Of a DNA stretch of 64,000 bases, positions 1 through 13,164 are shown in pieces. Both the position numbers and the translations under genes were made by a program. Origin of the DNA: Eledone cirrhosa. Taxonomy: Eukaryota. The stretch covers positions 227,974,001-228,038,000 of the forward strand of contig OZ024740.1 of NCBI GenBank assembly GCA_964016885.1, read 5' to 3'. The notes below the pieces were generated by a model. That model was given only the letters and a program-made list of their open reading frames with translations. It had not been told where the DNA came from and made no database searches. The number at the start of each line of letters is the position of its first letter. The first letter of the stretch is position 1.

Positions 1-40
<40 letters not shown>

Positions 41-585
41 GCATGCTGTCAATAAACTCCCTCCCAAAGTATAACAATATCTGTTTCAACACACATTTTC
101 AGATAAAAAAATCTTGCAAAACAAGTATAAAATCGAAGTATATAAATATATGCAATCACACGGTTTCAGGTTTGGTTCCACCGCGTGTTACCTAGGCTTA
201 TACAATAGCTTTGGATTGATCAATACATTGAGAGTGGAATTTGTGAGATGGAAACTGTAGAAGCCAGTCAAATATTATAATACATTGATCAATCCAAAAC
301 TATAGTATAAGACAGTTACCCAAGGTGCCGCGCGGTGGGACTGAACCCGAAACCATGTGATGGCGAAGCGAACTCTTTAACCACATAGCCAGGATTTCGC
401 CTATGTTGTTAAAAAAATATTTTCTTTTGAAATATCTTTCTTATTTTTATTTTTATATACGAGGCTCAACTGAAAAGTTCATAGTCTGACCAAGATACTC
501 TCATGGAACGACCAAATGAGGTTTATTTTTCAACATAGTCCCTGGAAGGAAATATTGCAGTTATTAAGAAGAAAAGTTGAAATTA

Positions 586-1143
586 ATTGCTTCTACTTTT
601 GGCACAAGGCCAGCAATTATCCCAGTGCATTACTGGTACTTTATTTTATCGACTCGGGCGGGATTTGAACTCAGACCATAAAGAGCTGTGATTCAATGCT
701 GCAAAGCATGGCGTCCGTCTCTCTACCGATATTGCCAATCCATCGCTCTACAAGTTAAATAATTGTTTCTACTTTTTGGCACAAGGCCAGCAATGACCCA
801 GTACATTACTGGTACTTTATTTTATTGACCCCATAAGGATGAAAGGCAAAGTTAACCTCGGCGGGATTTGAACTCAGAATGGCAAGGGCCGTAACTCTAT
901 GCGTCAAAGCATGGCGTCCGACCCTCTACCGATACTGCCAATCCACCAGTTAAATAATACTTGTTTCTACTTTAGGCACAAGGCCAGCAATTACCCAGTG
1001 CATTACTGGTACTTTATTTTATCGACCCCGTAAGGATGAAAGGCAAAGTCAACCTCGGCGGGATTTGAACTCAGATCGTAAAGGGACGTAACTATGCTGG
1101 AAAGCATGGCGTCCGACACTCTACCGATACTGCCAATCCACCA
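586..1143 (-). mobile_element. Three tandem copies of tRNA-derived SINE family 1
   Basis: On - strand: A box ggattggcagtatcggtag, B box gagttcaaatccc, body gcctttcatccttacggggtcgataaaataaagtacc, AT tail. Confidence 0.88.
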
Positions 1144-2489
1144 GTTAAATAATACTGAAGAGTTATCTCCCTTGCACCATCCAGCGGGAAGTGTAAAAGA
1201 TTGTCTGACGGAAGGAATTTCGTGGTGTTTTGAGTTCCAGAGAACTGCAGGTTTGATAAAGAGGAACGTGGAAAATACTTAGTGTTGAATTTAAAGGATA
1301 AGACAACGTGTTTAGTGTGGGGTGTAGAGGGTGATATAACATAGGAAAGACGAATGAAATAGTAACATATGCATCGGCTGCGTTGTCTGTGAGTTCAGGA
1401 AAATAAAGTAAATTTTTTCTTTAATCTCAGAAAAAGGTAGTTTATTTAAAACTTACATCGATGAAACGTTTCGGCATAAAAACTATTGAAAACACATGAG
1501 CTCCTGTTTAAATTTTATTTTTCAAGCCAAAATGTGACATTTTTTCCCCCTGTGAATTTATTTCCATTCATTGAATCTTTGCCAGTCAGTTAGATGGCTT
1601 TCTATAAAACATAATTTAGAACTGCAGATCCCAGCCTGTGGTTCACAGATCCCTGGCGAATGTAGAAGTGGTGATCCATGAGCCAAGTTTAATATTTCAA
1701 GAAGCTGCAGTGTAAATGTATAATTACTCACAATATGATTGATATAATTTAAACTTTCAAATTTTAATGCCAGGAAATTCTGAAAAGGAGTTTGTTGTTA
1801 GTTAATAAAATTAGTTTGTTGAGTAGATAGATCTTTCAAACGTCTGGGGACTAAGGGGGAAAAGGACATCTTGCTGTAGAAACCAGGCCAGAAACACCAC
1901 CCCAACCTAGGTGTAGATTATGTCACCTCCCATTCACCCTTTTTCTTCTGTTGCCTAATAGTCCTTGCACTTTTCCTCCTTTTCTTTTCATTTATAGCAT
2001 TTATAGTCCTCTCCTTTACTTTCCTATACATCCAGATCTGCCTTTCTTAACCCTTCCCCCATTTTTTAAATTACTTAATTGTGTTTTTATCCTTTTTTAA
2101 TATTTCCATCATTGAATAACTTTTGTTCAATAAATACAAGGTTATTGCCTTAAAAATTTGGAATGTACAAGCATGATATGATAGTCTGACCCATCTATGA
2201 GGGCAATAATTTTAAATGACCCTAACCATGATGGTCCCAACCCATTACAACATGAAATGTAGTAGTAGTGAAACTGTCAGAAACCTGCTGATTTAAGATG
2301 CTCCAGATTTGTAAGAACTACTTGAGTGTGAATGAGGTTGCATTTGAGCTTTGTAAAAAGTCAGCAACTGGTCAGAGTATTTTCTGACTCTGAAGAAGTT
2401 TGGTCTTTGAATGCAATGTTATATAATTTGTACCAGTAGATAAGTCACACACATATTTTATATACAGCATTCTTGGCTCAGTACTTAAC

Positions 2490-5400
2490 TCACGCTAGTG
2501 AAACATGGAAAAGAGATACCAGCTGGTCTGAAAACACTGTACCCACAACAACTGACACTAAAAAAACTGAAAAAACTCTGGGAAACTAAATCAGAACAAC
2601 CTGCCATCCCAGCACATAATCATAGACTGGAATCAAGGTACAAATTGTTGTCCTTGAATGCACATAGTCTATCCAATTAGATACATCTTTTTGACGTCAA
2701 ACGTATCGACCCTGATTTCATTACAGTCACGGAAACATGGGCACATTCCCTACTCTGTGATGGGGTTTTCAGCATAACTGGCTACAACTTGTTTCGTAAA
2801 GACCACATTAATCATCGTGGTGGTAGTGTAATGGTCTACGTTCAGTCAAATTTTTCAGCAATTCCTTGTGTTGATTTGAACCAATCGCAGCAAGAAGTAT
2901 TTTTCTGTGATATACGTATGACCATGTCAACACTGCTACTTGCAGTCATTTACCGTCCCCCAAATTACCATCAGGACACTCAACTTTGTGATATCCTGAG
3001 AGTTGCTGCCAGGAAAACAGTCACTTATGTCTTTATTACAGGGGACTTCAATCACCCTGAGATTGAGTGGGAAACCTTTCGTTGGCCGCAAAAATGCAAA
3101 TGACTTCCTTGAGCTAGTGCTGGACTCGAACAGGTCACAAGTAGTCACCTCACCAACAAGAGGTGACAACACTTTGGATCTACTCTTCATCGCTACTCCT
3201 GAAACAGTTATTAGTGTTACTACTGAGGAACCTTTAGGTGACTCTGATCATGCTATGATCATTGCCAATCTATCTCTCATGGGCAGTAACAAAAACCACA
3301 ACCATCTCCAAACTGCTCACTTTGACTAGAATAAAGTAGACTGGAACTGTTACTGCACCGAGCTGCAATGTCCAAACTGGCTTGAGTTCTACGACTACGA
3401 CTCTGGAGATGTCAACACTGTACTCCAGAACATCCTGAACTCAATATGGACAGCATGTGCAGCATCGGTGCCACGTAAGTAGAAAAAACATCCCAAAAGT
3501 GCAATTTGGGAGACTGCAGCAGTCTGTCTTGCCAGAAACGAATGTCGTAATGCTGAACGGGAATACAAACTGTGTAAATCAGATATCAATAGGAAAAAGC
3601 GAAATAAATCATCCAACCATCTCAAACAGGTGACAAAAAAGGCAGTGCTTCAATTTGAGCAGTGCATAGCAACCAGCCCTGACAGTAAGGTGTTCTGGAA
3701 ATATGTTCACTCAAAGCAGAGGCCTCACTCTCCAGTTGGTCCTCTTCACAATCCCCACACAAGCCAGGTTACTGACGACCCCAAGGAATGCGCAGAACTC
3801 ATTGCTGAATGCTATGCAGGCATTTTCACTATTGAAGACCAGAGTGTACCGTCTCCACCACCTCTGACATCGGATTCTATTTCAACTATGAAATTTACAC
3901 CTGCAATGATGCGATGTCACCTTAAAAATAAAAGCAACTGTGCCTCTCCTGGTCTTGATGGTGTTATGTACCTGCTTCTCAAACGTGGTGGGTACTTCCT
4001 TCTGCACCAGCTATCACGCTTCTTCCAATTCTGTCTGAACAATGGTGCTACTCCAGAGCAGTGAAAAACTGCCAGTGTCATTCCTCTGTTCAAAAAGGGT
4101 GACCGCACATCACCTGTGAACTATCGTCCAGTCAGTCTTACTAGCTGCATTGCCAAACTGATGGAATCCTGTGTCAGATAAATGCTTTTGAACTTCTGGA
4201 ACTCTCACAGTTTTATCCAGCCCTCACAATTTGGATTTATCCCTATCTCTAGCTGCTGTGATCAACTTATAGAGTTTTTTGAAGACATCACTCTGAGGTT
4301 GTGTCTGGTCAGAAGTTGTTTTTTCTTTGGTACTTAAAATAGGAGTGGTACACCACGATTCTTTATTATTTGTAGTGCTGATGGCAGAGGAAGGACTAGG
4401 TTCTCGAGATTCCTCAAAAGAAAAGAAAAAAGTAATTAGAGTGAGTGTATGTGGGGGATATATATATATATATAACAACATATATTGACTAGATAGAGAG
4501 AGTGAGAAAAAGAAAGAAACTGAGTGACTTGAAAGGTAAGACATCATCATCATTATCGTCATCACTGTTTAATGTCTATTTTTCCAAGCTTGCATGGGTT
4601 AGATGGGTCATCCACGTTATGAGACAAGTCTGGTCAGTTGGACACACCGTACCTTGCTCAAATGGAATTGTATTAGAGAAACACTTTGGAACATCTGGAA
4701 TTCTCAGTCTTATCCGGGCCCCCACAATTTGGATTTATCCCTAACTCCAGCTGCTGTGATCAACTTATCGAGTTTCTTGAAGATGTTACCCGAATCGCTA
4801 ATGATGTCTCATGGGTAGATGTTGCTTATCTTGACTTTGTTAAAGCTTTTAATTCTGTGCCACACAAAAGACTTATGGCAAAACTATCTGCAATGAGTGT
4901 GAAGGATGATCTTTTCAATTGGTTCAAGTCCTTTATTCTCAGTTGAAGAGAGGTAGTCATGGTTCTAGGACAGCATTCTTCACCGTATGAGATATCATCT
5001 GATGTACCACAGGGATCTGTTCTTGGTCCCCTTTTGTTTGTGGCATATATTAATGACATAGATGCCAACTTAAAGAATGCCACAGTTCTGAAATATGCAG
5101 ATGACATCAAGCTGTACCTTGAAATAAAAAGATCTTTCTTGCAATCTGACCTGGACACAAGGCAACAATGGATCACAGACTGGCAACTCAAGCTGGCTGT
5201 GGACAAATGCACCACTATGCATTTTGGGAGTAAAAACCCAGCGTCCTCATACTCCCTCCACAACACTAATATCAAGACGTCTTCTTGTGAACGTTACCTG
5301 GGCATTACGGTCAGCAGCGATTTGCGTTGGACGAAGCACGTCTCTAAAATTGTCAAGAAGGCCGAGGGTATCTTAGCATCACTCAGCAAGACCTTTGTCA

Positions 5401-6021
5401 GCCTCTCTCCAGCAATCTATTTAAAGCTTAATATCGCTATGGTACGACCACACTTAGAATTTGCATCACCAGTCTGGAACCCCTATCTTGCTCAGAACAT
5501 TGACCACCTGGAAACTGTTCAGAGACGTGCAACCAAGCGAATACTCTCCATCAGGCATCTACCATACTCTGAATGCCTTGCTTTCCTGGGCATGGATACA
5601 TTGAAGCTCTGACATCTGGCAACTGACTTGGTAAACACCCACAAAATCATTAACCATCTTGCCAACAACAACCCTGAGTACCTTTTTGATTTCCATGTGT
5701 CTAAAACACGGCATGCCCACAAAGTCAGAAAACAGCACAGCTCCCATGACTTTCAGAAACATTTTTTCACGCTCAGAGTTGCTGAAGCATGGAACAAACT
5801 ACCTGCATCAGTTGTTAGCTGTCGAGACACTGCATCCTTTAAAACCTCCATGCTTCCTGAGATTCACCAACACTACACCTAATATTCCCCCTCCATACAC
5901 ACGCACACATGTATTTCATGACTCGTACACTATTCACTTCCCTGACATTAGTATATTATTCTATGTACTATACATGCACCTTTGATGAGTTGTATTGCAC
6001 CTGAGCACTGTACACGATAAT

Positions 6022-6052
<31 letters not shown>
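2490..6052 (+). mobile_element. Decayed CR1/L2-group LINE ORF2 (APE endonuclease plus RT) with (ATT)n tail, interrupted at about 4291-4680 by foreign sequence
   Basis: APE motifs VTETW, YRPP, GDFN, SDH; RT motifs YLDFVKAF, VPQGSVLGP, YADD, VRPHLEFASPVWNP; many stops and frameshifts. Confidence 0.92.
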
Positions 6053-6056
<4 letters not shown>

Positions 6057-6464
6057 AGTTGCAGGCTGTGTATTTTCAATATTTCCTTTGTAGTAACAGT
6101 AGATAAGTCATCTGTTGGTTTCTGCATCATATTTTCATGGGAAAAGGTGCTACTTATACACGAGTATATATGGTACTTTACGACCTTTTATATAGCACTC
6201 CTTCCTTTCACTGTCAATTCACCAATCTTATAATATAAATTACCAATATAAGAAATAGAATTTCCAATGCTGCCTATTTATTTTCTGTTTCTCTTCATTT
6301 CAGCATGAAGACTTCTAGTTTCTGACACCACCATAATAAATAAATATATAAAAATAATAAATAATAACACATAACTAAATAAAAATAAAATAAATAATAA
6401 CATAATAACTATATATATGTGTATATATATATATATATGATAAATAATAACCCAGAACTAAATA

Positions 6465-7035
6465 AAAACATCCAGTCCACACTGTAAAGTGGTCATGTTG
6501 GTGACATGACATAAAGTGCCCTGTCCACAATGTAAAGTGGTTGTGTAGGTGTCATGACAAAAAGTGCTCAGTCCACACTGTAAGGTGAGCCTGTAGGTGT
6601 CATGAAAAAAAGTGCCCAGCCTACACTGTAAAGTGGTCATTTTGGTGTCATGACAAAAAATGCCCAGTCCACACTGTAAAGTGGTCATTTTAGTGTCATG
6701 ACAAAATATGCCCAGCCCACACTGTAAAATGGTCATGTAGGTATCATGATAAAAAGCGCCCAGTTCACACTGTAAAGTGGTCGTTTTGGTGTCATGACAA
6801 CAAGTACCCAGCACACACTGTAAAGTGGTCATGTAGGTATCACGACAAAAAGCACCCAGTACTCATTGTAAATGTGGTTGTCGTTAGGAAGAGTATCCAG
6901 GCGTAGAAACTAGGCCAAAATCAATTCTGTTTGAGCAAGACATTGTCATCTGATCTGGCTTGTATCACAATGGGACAAGTCATCTAACCCATGCTAGCAT
7001 TGAAAAATGGACGTTAAACGGTGATGATGATGATG
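6465..7035 (+). repeat. Non-autonomous RTE-tailed element with internal tandem array of about 39-bp units (aaaaagcacccagtccacactgtaaagtggtcatgttggtgtcatgac-like); similar arrays at 9175-9590, 9625-10145, 20980-21280 and 46945-47435
   Basis: About 10 visible units followed by gttaggaagggcatccagc...aacccatgctagcatggaaaatggacgttaaa(tga)n. Confidence 0.85.
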
Positions 7036-8184
7036 AAATAATAATATATAACTAAATAAACATATAAATAATATATAACTAAATAAATATATATAAAAAT
7101 AAATATATAACATATAACTAGAAAAATAAATATATAATATATAACTAAAAAAAAAAAGTATATATATAATAACATAACTAAATAAATATATAAAAATAAA
7201 TAAATAAAAGAGTCCTATTTAGTTTGATTTTATATATCCTTCCTACTTCAATGTATTTCTATTTATTTTCATACTTTCTCTTGCTAAGGTTATGGCAAGA
7301 AATCTCAGTGATGCATGTCTGGCATCCAACACAGAATGTTTTTGTTCAATGCTACTGGTTTATTTTGGATCATTTCATATGTAAATGACACTTACTTATT
7401 AGTTCTCTCTCTTCTTTCTTTTCATTTTCTCTTTTTCTTTTGTTTGCTGTTGATTCTTTTTTTACTTTACTTTTACAAGAACACCATATGTTCTTGATTT
7501 ACATTTTTAACAGTTAATTCCTGGCAGTGTTTCACTGGAGAATTATAAAAAACGAAAAAAATGTCCTGGTGTGATATTGATAGTCCTCCTTTAAAGTCAG
7601 TCAAACATTTCTATCTCATAGAAAGATCAGCAAACATATGTATATATATATATCATCATCATCACCGTTTTACGTCCATTCTTCCATGCTAGCATGGGTT
7701 AGACGGGTTGTCCTGTTGTGGGCAATGTTAGGTCAGCTGAATTGTCTTGCTCATACAGAACTGATTTTGGATGCCCTTCCTAACACCAACCTCATTTACA
7801 GTGAGTACTGGGTGCTTTTTTACCATGGCGCCTACACGGCCACGGTCCTGTGTCATCACCTTTGAGAGGTGCAATTGGGCAAGGTCAGCTTTTATCACCT
7901 CATCCCAGGTCTTCTTGAGTCTTCCCACTCCATGGCTTCCATCGACTTATATATATACCCCCAACCTATTAATCTACTCATAACACCCTTTTCCTAACTT
8001 TCACACACTACTTTCATAAGTAGGTATATGAAAGTTCTCTTCTTACCCGAACTTTCCTGATGAAAAACTTCCATCTGAAGCATTGAACCCTCCTCCACTT
8101 CCTCTAAGCACAAACCTAATATGACTTTGTAATTTTGCATCCCCTTGTGTTTGTTTTGTTTCTTTTATCAACTATATATATATA

Positions 8185-8232
<48 letters not shown>

Positions 8233-11065
8233 GTGGGAGGATTCTTCAGCTGTGTCAAATACATGGCAATCTCCCTAGTTTTGGTGCCATGATGAAATGC
8301 ATGTGGCAGAGTGTGGTAATGTATGTAAGTGAGATGTGGGGCCCACGACACACCTTAGAGGTCAGTAGCTCTACTTGAATACTGACCTGGTTAGTGATCT
8401 ATCCAAGCCTTGTTATCAGGGAAAACAGACATTAAATGATGATGATGATGATGATGATATTGCTTGTGGCACCAGTACAAGCATTTTACAGGGTCAAATG
8501 AGTGCTATTGGTTGTGGCACCAGTACAACCATTTTACAGGCTGGACTGGATGCTATTGGTTGTGGCACTGGTACAATTATCATCATTATCATCATTTTAT
8601 CATCCATTTTTCAATGTTGGCCTAGATCAGACAGATAGTTACAGACTAAGTCAATACTTAATCTAAGTTACTGTACTTCTAGATCAGTTGAGGGACCATG
8701 TCTTGTGGAGCTTTGTCTTTTGTCTCTTCTACACCTTTTATCCTTTTGATACCAAACTGCATGTGATTTTATGATACAAAACCTCTCATTTTAAAGTCAA
8801 GTGTTTATATTTATATAAAAACTTTCCATAATAATTTTATCTGAAAACCTTTGTTATGTTCCAGACAGGATTTTAATGTCAAAATTAATTATTTTACTAA
8901 TCCCTCCAAATTCTTAGATATTTTAAAAATTATTTCATTAGAAATAAACTATCTACCATAAACTATCTACCAACTCCACTAAATTCACTTGTGTTTTCAA
9001 CTGTTCTTTTTCCTGTTATCCCCGTAATGCCTTTTCCCTTATACACTGAGTGAATTATTTCCAAACTTATTTTGTCATGGAACCCTGATATGATTTTCTA
9101 AAAATCTCAGAACCGATATCTATAATTTATGGACAATCTTCACCACATTGTATTAGCAATATGGTGCCATAACAACAATCTATCCTGTAAAGTGGTCGTA
9201 CTGGTGACATGACAAGAGGCTCCCAATTCACCCTTTAGTGTGCTTTTTTCTGATAACATGAGAAAAAGGCACACTGTCGACCTTGTAAGGGGTTGTGTTG
9301 GTGACACAAGTAAAAAGTACTCAGGCCACCCTGTAAGGTATTCAAGCTGGTGACATGACAAAAAACGTCCAGTCCACCCTGTAAAGTGGTCGTGTTGGTG
9401 ACATGACAAAAAGTGCCCAGTCCACTCTGTAATGTGGTTGGTGTTGAGAGGGGCATCCAGCTGTAGAAACCAAGCCAAAATACAGTTCCATATCAGCAAG
9501 ATGTGGTCACTTGACCTGACTTGTCTTATAATGTGACAACTCATCAAACCCATGCAAGTGTGGAAAATGGATGTTAAATGATAATGATGTTGTTGTTCAT
9601 TATAGCTACCATCATGAAAGGAAAATTGTTAAAGGTGGTCGTACAGGGCTACAACAAAATGCACCCAGTTTACCCTGTAAAGTAGTTGCACTGGTACCAC
9701 AACAAAAAGCACCCAATACATCCTGTAATGTGGTCATACTGGTATCACAATAAAAAGCACCCAGTCTACATCTGTAAGATAGTTGTACTGGTGCTACAAC
9801 CAATAGCACCCAGTTTTCTCTGTAAGATCGTTGTACTGGTGCCACAACCAATAGCACCCAGTCCACCCTGTAAGATGATCATGCTGTTGCCATGACAAAA
9901 AGAAAAGAGCATGCAGTTCACCCTATAAAGTGGTTGTGCTTGTGACATGGCAAAAAGCACCACTCCACCTTGTAATGTGGTTGGTGTTAGGAAGGACATC
10001 AAGCCATAGAAAACAAAGCCAAAAATGGGTTGTATGAGCAAGATGTGGTTATCTGACCTGTCTAAACTCATAATGTGACAGCCTGTCTAACCCATACCGG
10101 CATGGAAAATAGATGTTAAATGAAGATGATAATGATGATGATGAAGTGATGTCAGTTTGTTAACTAAAAGGTAAAGACTCCTTCGATCACAAAGGACCAT
10201 GGGATTTGCACCTAGAAAGTTCCACTCCGAGGCCCAATTCTGGACAAGGCTGTTTGTGGAAGACCAGCAGTTGCCCATGCATACCAGGCTCCCCTCACCA
10301 TCAATGTTGTCCAAGGGAATGGCAATGGCCGATACAGTTTGGCACCAGTGATGTCGCAACTCCTTTCTACAGCTGATTGAACTGAAGCTATGTGAAATAG
10401 AGTGTCTTGCTCAAGAACACAGCTTCATGATTGTAACCTCAATGCTCTAACCTCAACTAAGCCATGCACCTTCACTAATTTGTTAACTAGAGTGTGTATT
10501 AATAGAGTAGGTTATATCACATCACAGGTGTAGCAAAGTTTTCATGCAACATGTGATGTTTTAGTATTTTCAACAATTTTATTTGGACCAATTACAGAAC
10601 AATATTGTGGCAGCCATTTAATATGCATGAATGTATGGTCCTATAACTCCTGGAGGAGTCATAGGAATGTTGTATTGATATATGGCGTTTCTAGGGCATA
10701 TTTCAAACCTGGAAAAGCCCATATCTTTTCCAGGTCTGAATACAGCAGATATCTTTCAGAGAAGCATAGAGAGTGAGAGAATGGAGGTAAGAAAGAGATT
10801 TAGAGGAAGAATTGACCCCAGTACTTGACTGGTACTTTTATATCGACCTTGTATGGATGAAAGGCATGATTTAATATATGAACATACATATATTGCTATT
10901 TTCTAAAACACATGAATCCTATCATCGACACTATAACATAAACATATGAGGGTTGGTTGATAAGTACATAGGCTGACCAAGATACTCTCATGGAATGACC
11001 AAATGAGGTTTATTTTTCAAAATACTCCCTAGAAGGAATCAATGCAGTAATTAATAAGAAGAGCT

Positions 11066-13164
11066 AGAGGCAACGGATGAGATCTGTGGCTGGAGGAGAG
11101 TGACTTGGTGGTGGAACAATAAGGTAGATGAGGCAGTTAAGGCCAAGAGACAGGCATGGAAAGAATGGAAGAATGGAGGAAGCAGGGTACATTACATAGA
11201 GACCAGGAGGGAAGCTAGGTGACAAGTATACTTAGCTAGGAGGGAAGCAGAGGATAGAAAATTCAAGCATGTTTTGCAACGTGAGGACCAGAAACAGGTG
11301 TTCAAGATTGCGAGGCAGCATGTCAGAGAGAATTGTGATGTCATTGGAGAGAAGTGTATCCGGAATGATAAAGGTGAGCTTGCTCTCACAAGTGCTGAGA
11401 AGAAAGATGCGTGGAAGAGCCATTATGATAGATTACTAAATGAGGAGAATGCATGGGAAGAAGAGACCCCAAGTAGACCCTATAGAGAGGCCAGCAGTAC
11501 AAGTCAGTAGCAGCGTAGTAAGTAAGGCTATCAAAGATATGAAGATAGGGAAGGCAATCGGTCCATCAGGTATAGCTGCCGAGATGCTGAAGGCATCTGG
11601 GTCGGTAGGTCACACCATAACCACACGTATTGTTAACCAGGTAATACTAGGTGTCATACCAAAGGATTGGTGCAGTAGCATCATTGTCAACTGCTACAAA
11701 GGTAAAGGTGATGCACTAGATAGAGGAAACTATAGAGGTATAAAGCTGATGGACCAGGTCATGAAAGTAACAGAAAGAGTTATAGCACAGTTGATTAGGG
11801 ACCAGGTGAAACTAGATGAGATGCAATTTGGGTTTGTACCAGGAAGAGGCACCACTGATGCCCTCTTTCTTGTGAGGCAGTTACAGGAAAAGTACCTAGC
11901 TAAAAGTAAGCCACTCTACCTAGCAATCCGTCGATCTCGAGAAAGCCTTTGACAGAGTTCCAAACTTGGAAGCAGGGACTAGAAAGAAAGGGTCTCAAAG
12001 TCAACCTGACAAAGACTAAGGTCCTTGTAAGTTGACGAGAAAACAGAACCCACATCCCCTCAGGGAAATGACCTTGCTCAGTATGTAGGAAAGGTGTAGG
12101 TAGGAACTCCATTCTCTGCCCCAAATGCAAACAATGGGTACACAAGAGATGTAGCGGGATCTCAGGAAGCTTAATTAAGAATGTAGGTTTCACATGTAGC
12201 AGCTGTGCTGGGACAGCAAGCAGCAAACAGCCACAGGAAACAAGTACCACCAATCTCTGGGAGGGCTCTGTAGAAACAGTAGACAGCTTCTGCTACCTAG
12301 GTGACCAAATTAGCAGTGGAGGTGGGTGTTCAGAAAGTACAATAACTAGGGTAAGAACGGAATGGAAGAAGTTCAGGGAGCCACTGCTAGCTGCAAAAGG
12401 CTTTTCCCTCAAAATGAAAGGCAGACTGCATGATGCGTGTATACGAACAGCAATGTTACATGGTAGTGAGACCTGGGCGCTGAAGGTGGAAGACTTACGT
12501 AGATTAGAAAGAAATGAAGCCTGCATGCTCTGATGGATGTGTAATAGTAATATACGCGAACGGCAAAGCATAAATGAATTGAGAGAGAGACTGAACATAA
12601 GAGGAATCAAATACTGTGTGCAGGAGAGGCGGTTGCGTTGGTAAAGACATGTGATGCGTATGAAGGATGACAGCTGCATAAAAAGGTGCAGAGCACTAGA
12701 AGTCAATGGAAACCGCGGAGTGGGGAGACCCAAGAAGACCTGGGATGAGGTGATAAAAGCTGACCTTACCCAATTACACCTCTCAAAGGCGATGACACAC
12801 GACCGTGACCTCTGGCATCACGCAGTAATACAGAGTACCCGACCTACCACGGGTACAAGTCAAAGCTGAAGCATATAGACAATATGCCCAGACACCCTCC
12901 CACTGCAAAGTGGTCGTGGAGGTGCCACAGCAAAAAAGCACCCAGCCCACACTGTAAAGTGGACGTGTAGGCGCCACGGAAAAAAGCACCCAGCACTCAC
13001 TGTAAATGAGGTTGGTGTTAGGAAGGGCATCCAGCTGTAGAAATTAAGCCAGAATCAGTTCCTGTATGAGCAAGACAAGGTCAGCTGACCAGACACTGCC
13101 CACAACAGGACAACCCGTCTAACCCATGCTAACGTGGAAGAACGGACGTAAAATGGTGATGATG
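11066..13164 (+). mobile_element. Decayed RTE-clade LINE fragment inserted into a mariner-type MITE
   Basis: KGKGDALDRGNYRGIKL, QFGFVPGRGTTDA, GRPKKTW; (GAT)n tail; MITE halves on both sides. Confidence 0.9.

Noticed and set aside
156-392. Inverted repeat near the window start
   Set aside because: Two opposed, diverged fragments of a common tRNA-SINE head; ordinary TE debris.
4224-4565. Minus-strand ORF as an independent gene
   Set aside because: Truncated copy of the 52/54 kb exon lacking its donor, embedded in a LINE.
6458-6832. Cys/His-rich repetitive ORFs (also 9140-10071 and 46936-47379) resembling zinc-finger or metallothionein proteins
   Set aside because: They are translations of the 39-bp internal repeat of a dispersed retroposon, with no splice context.
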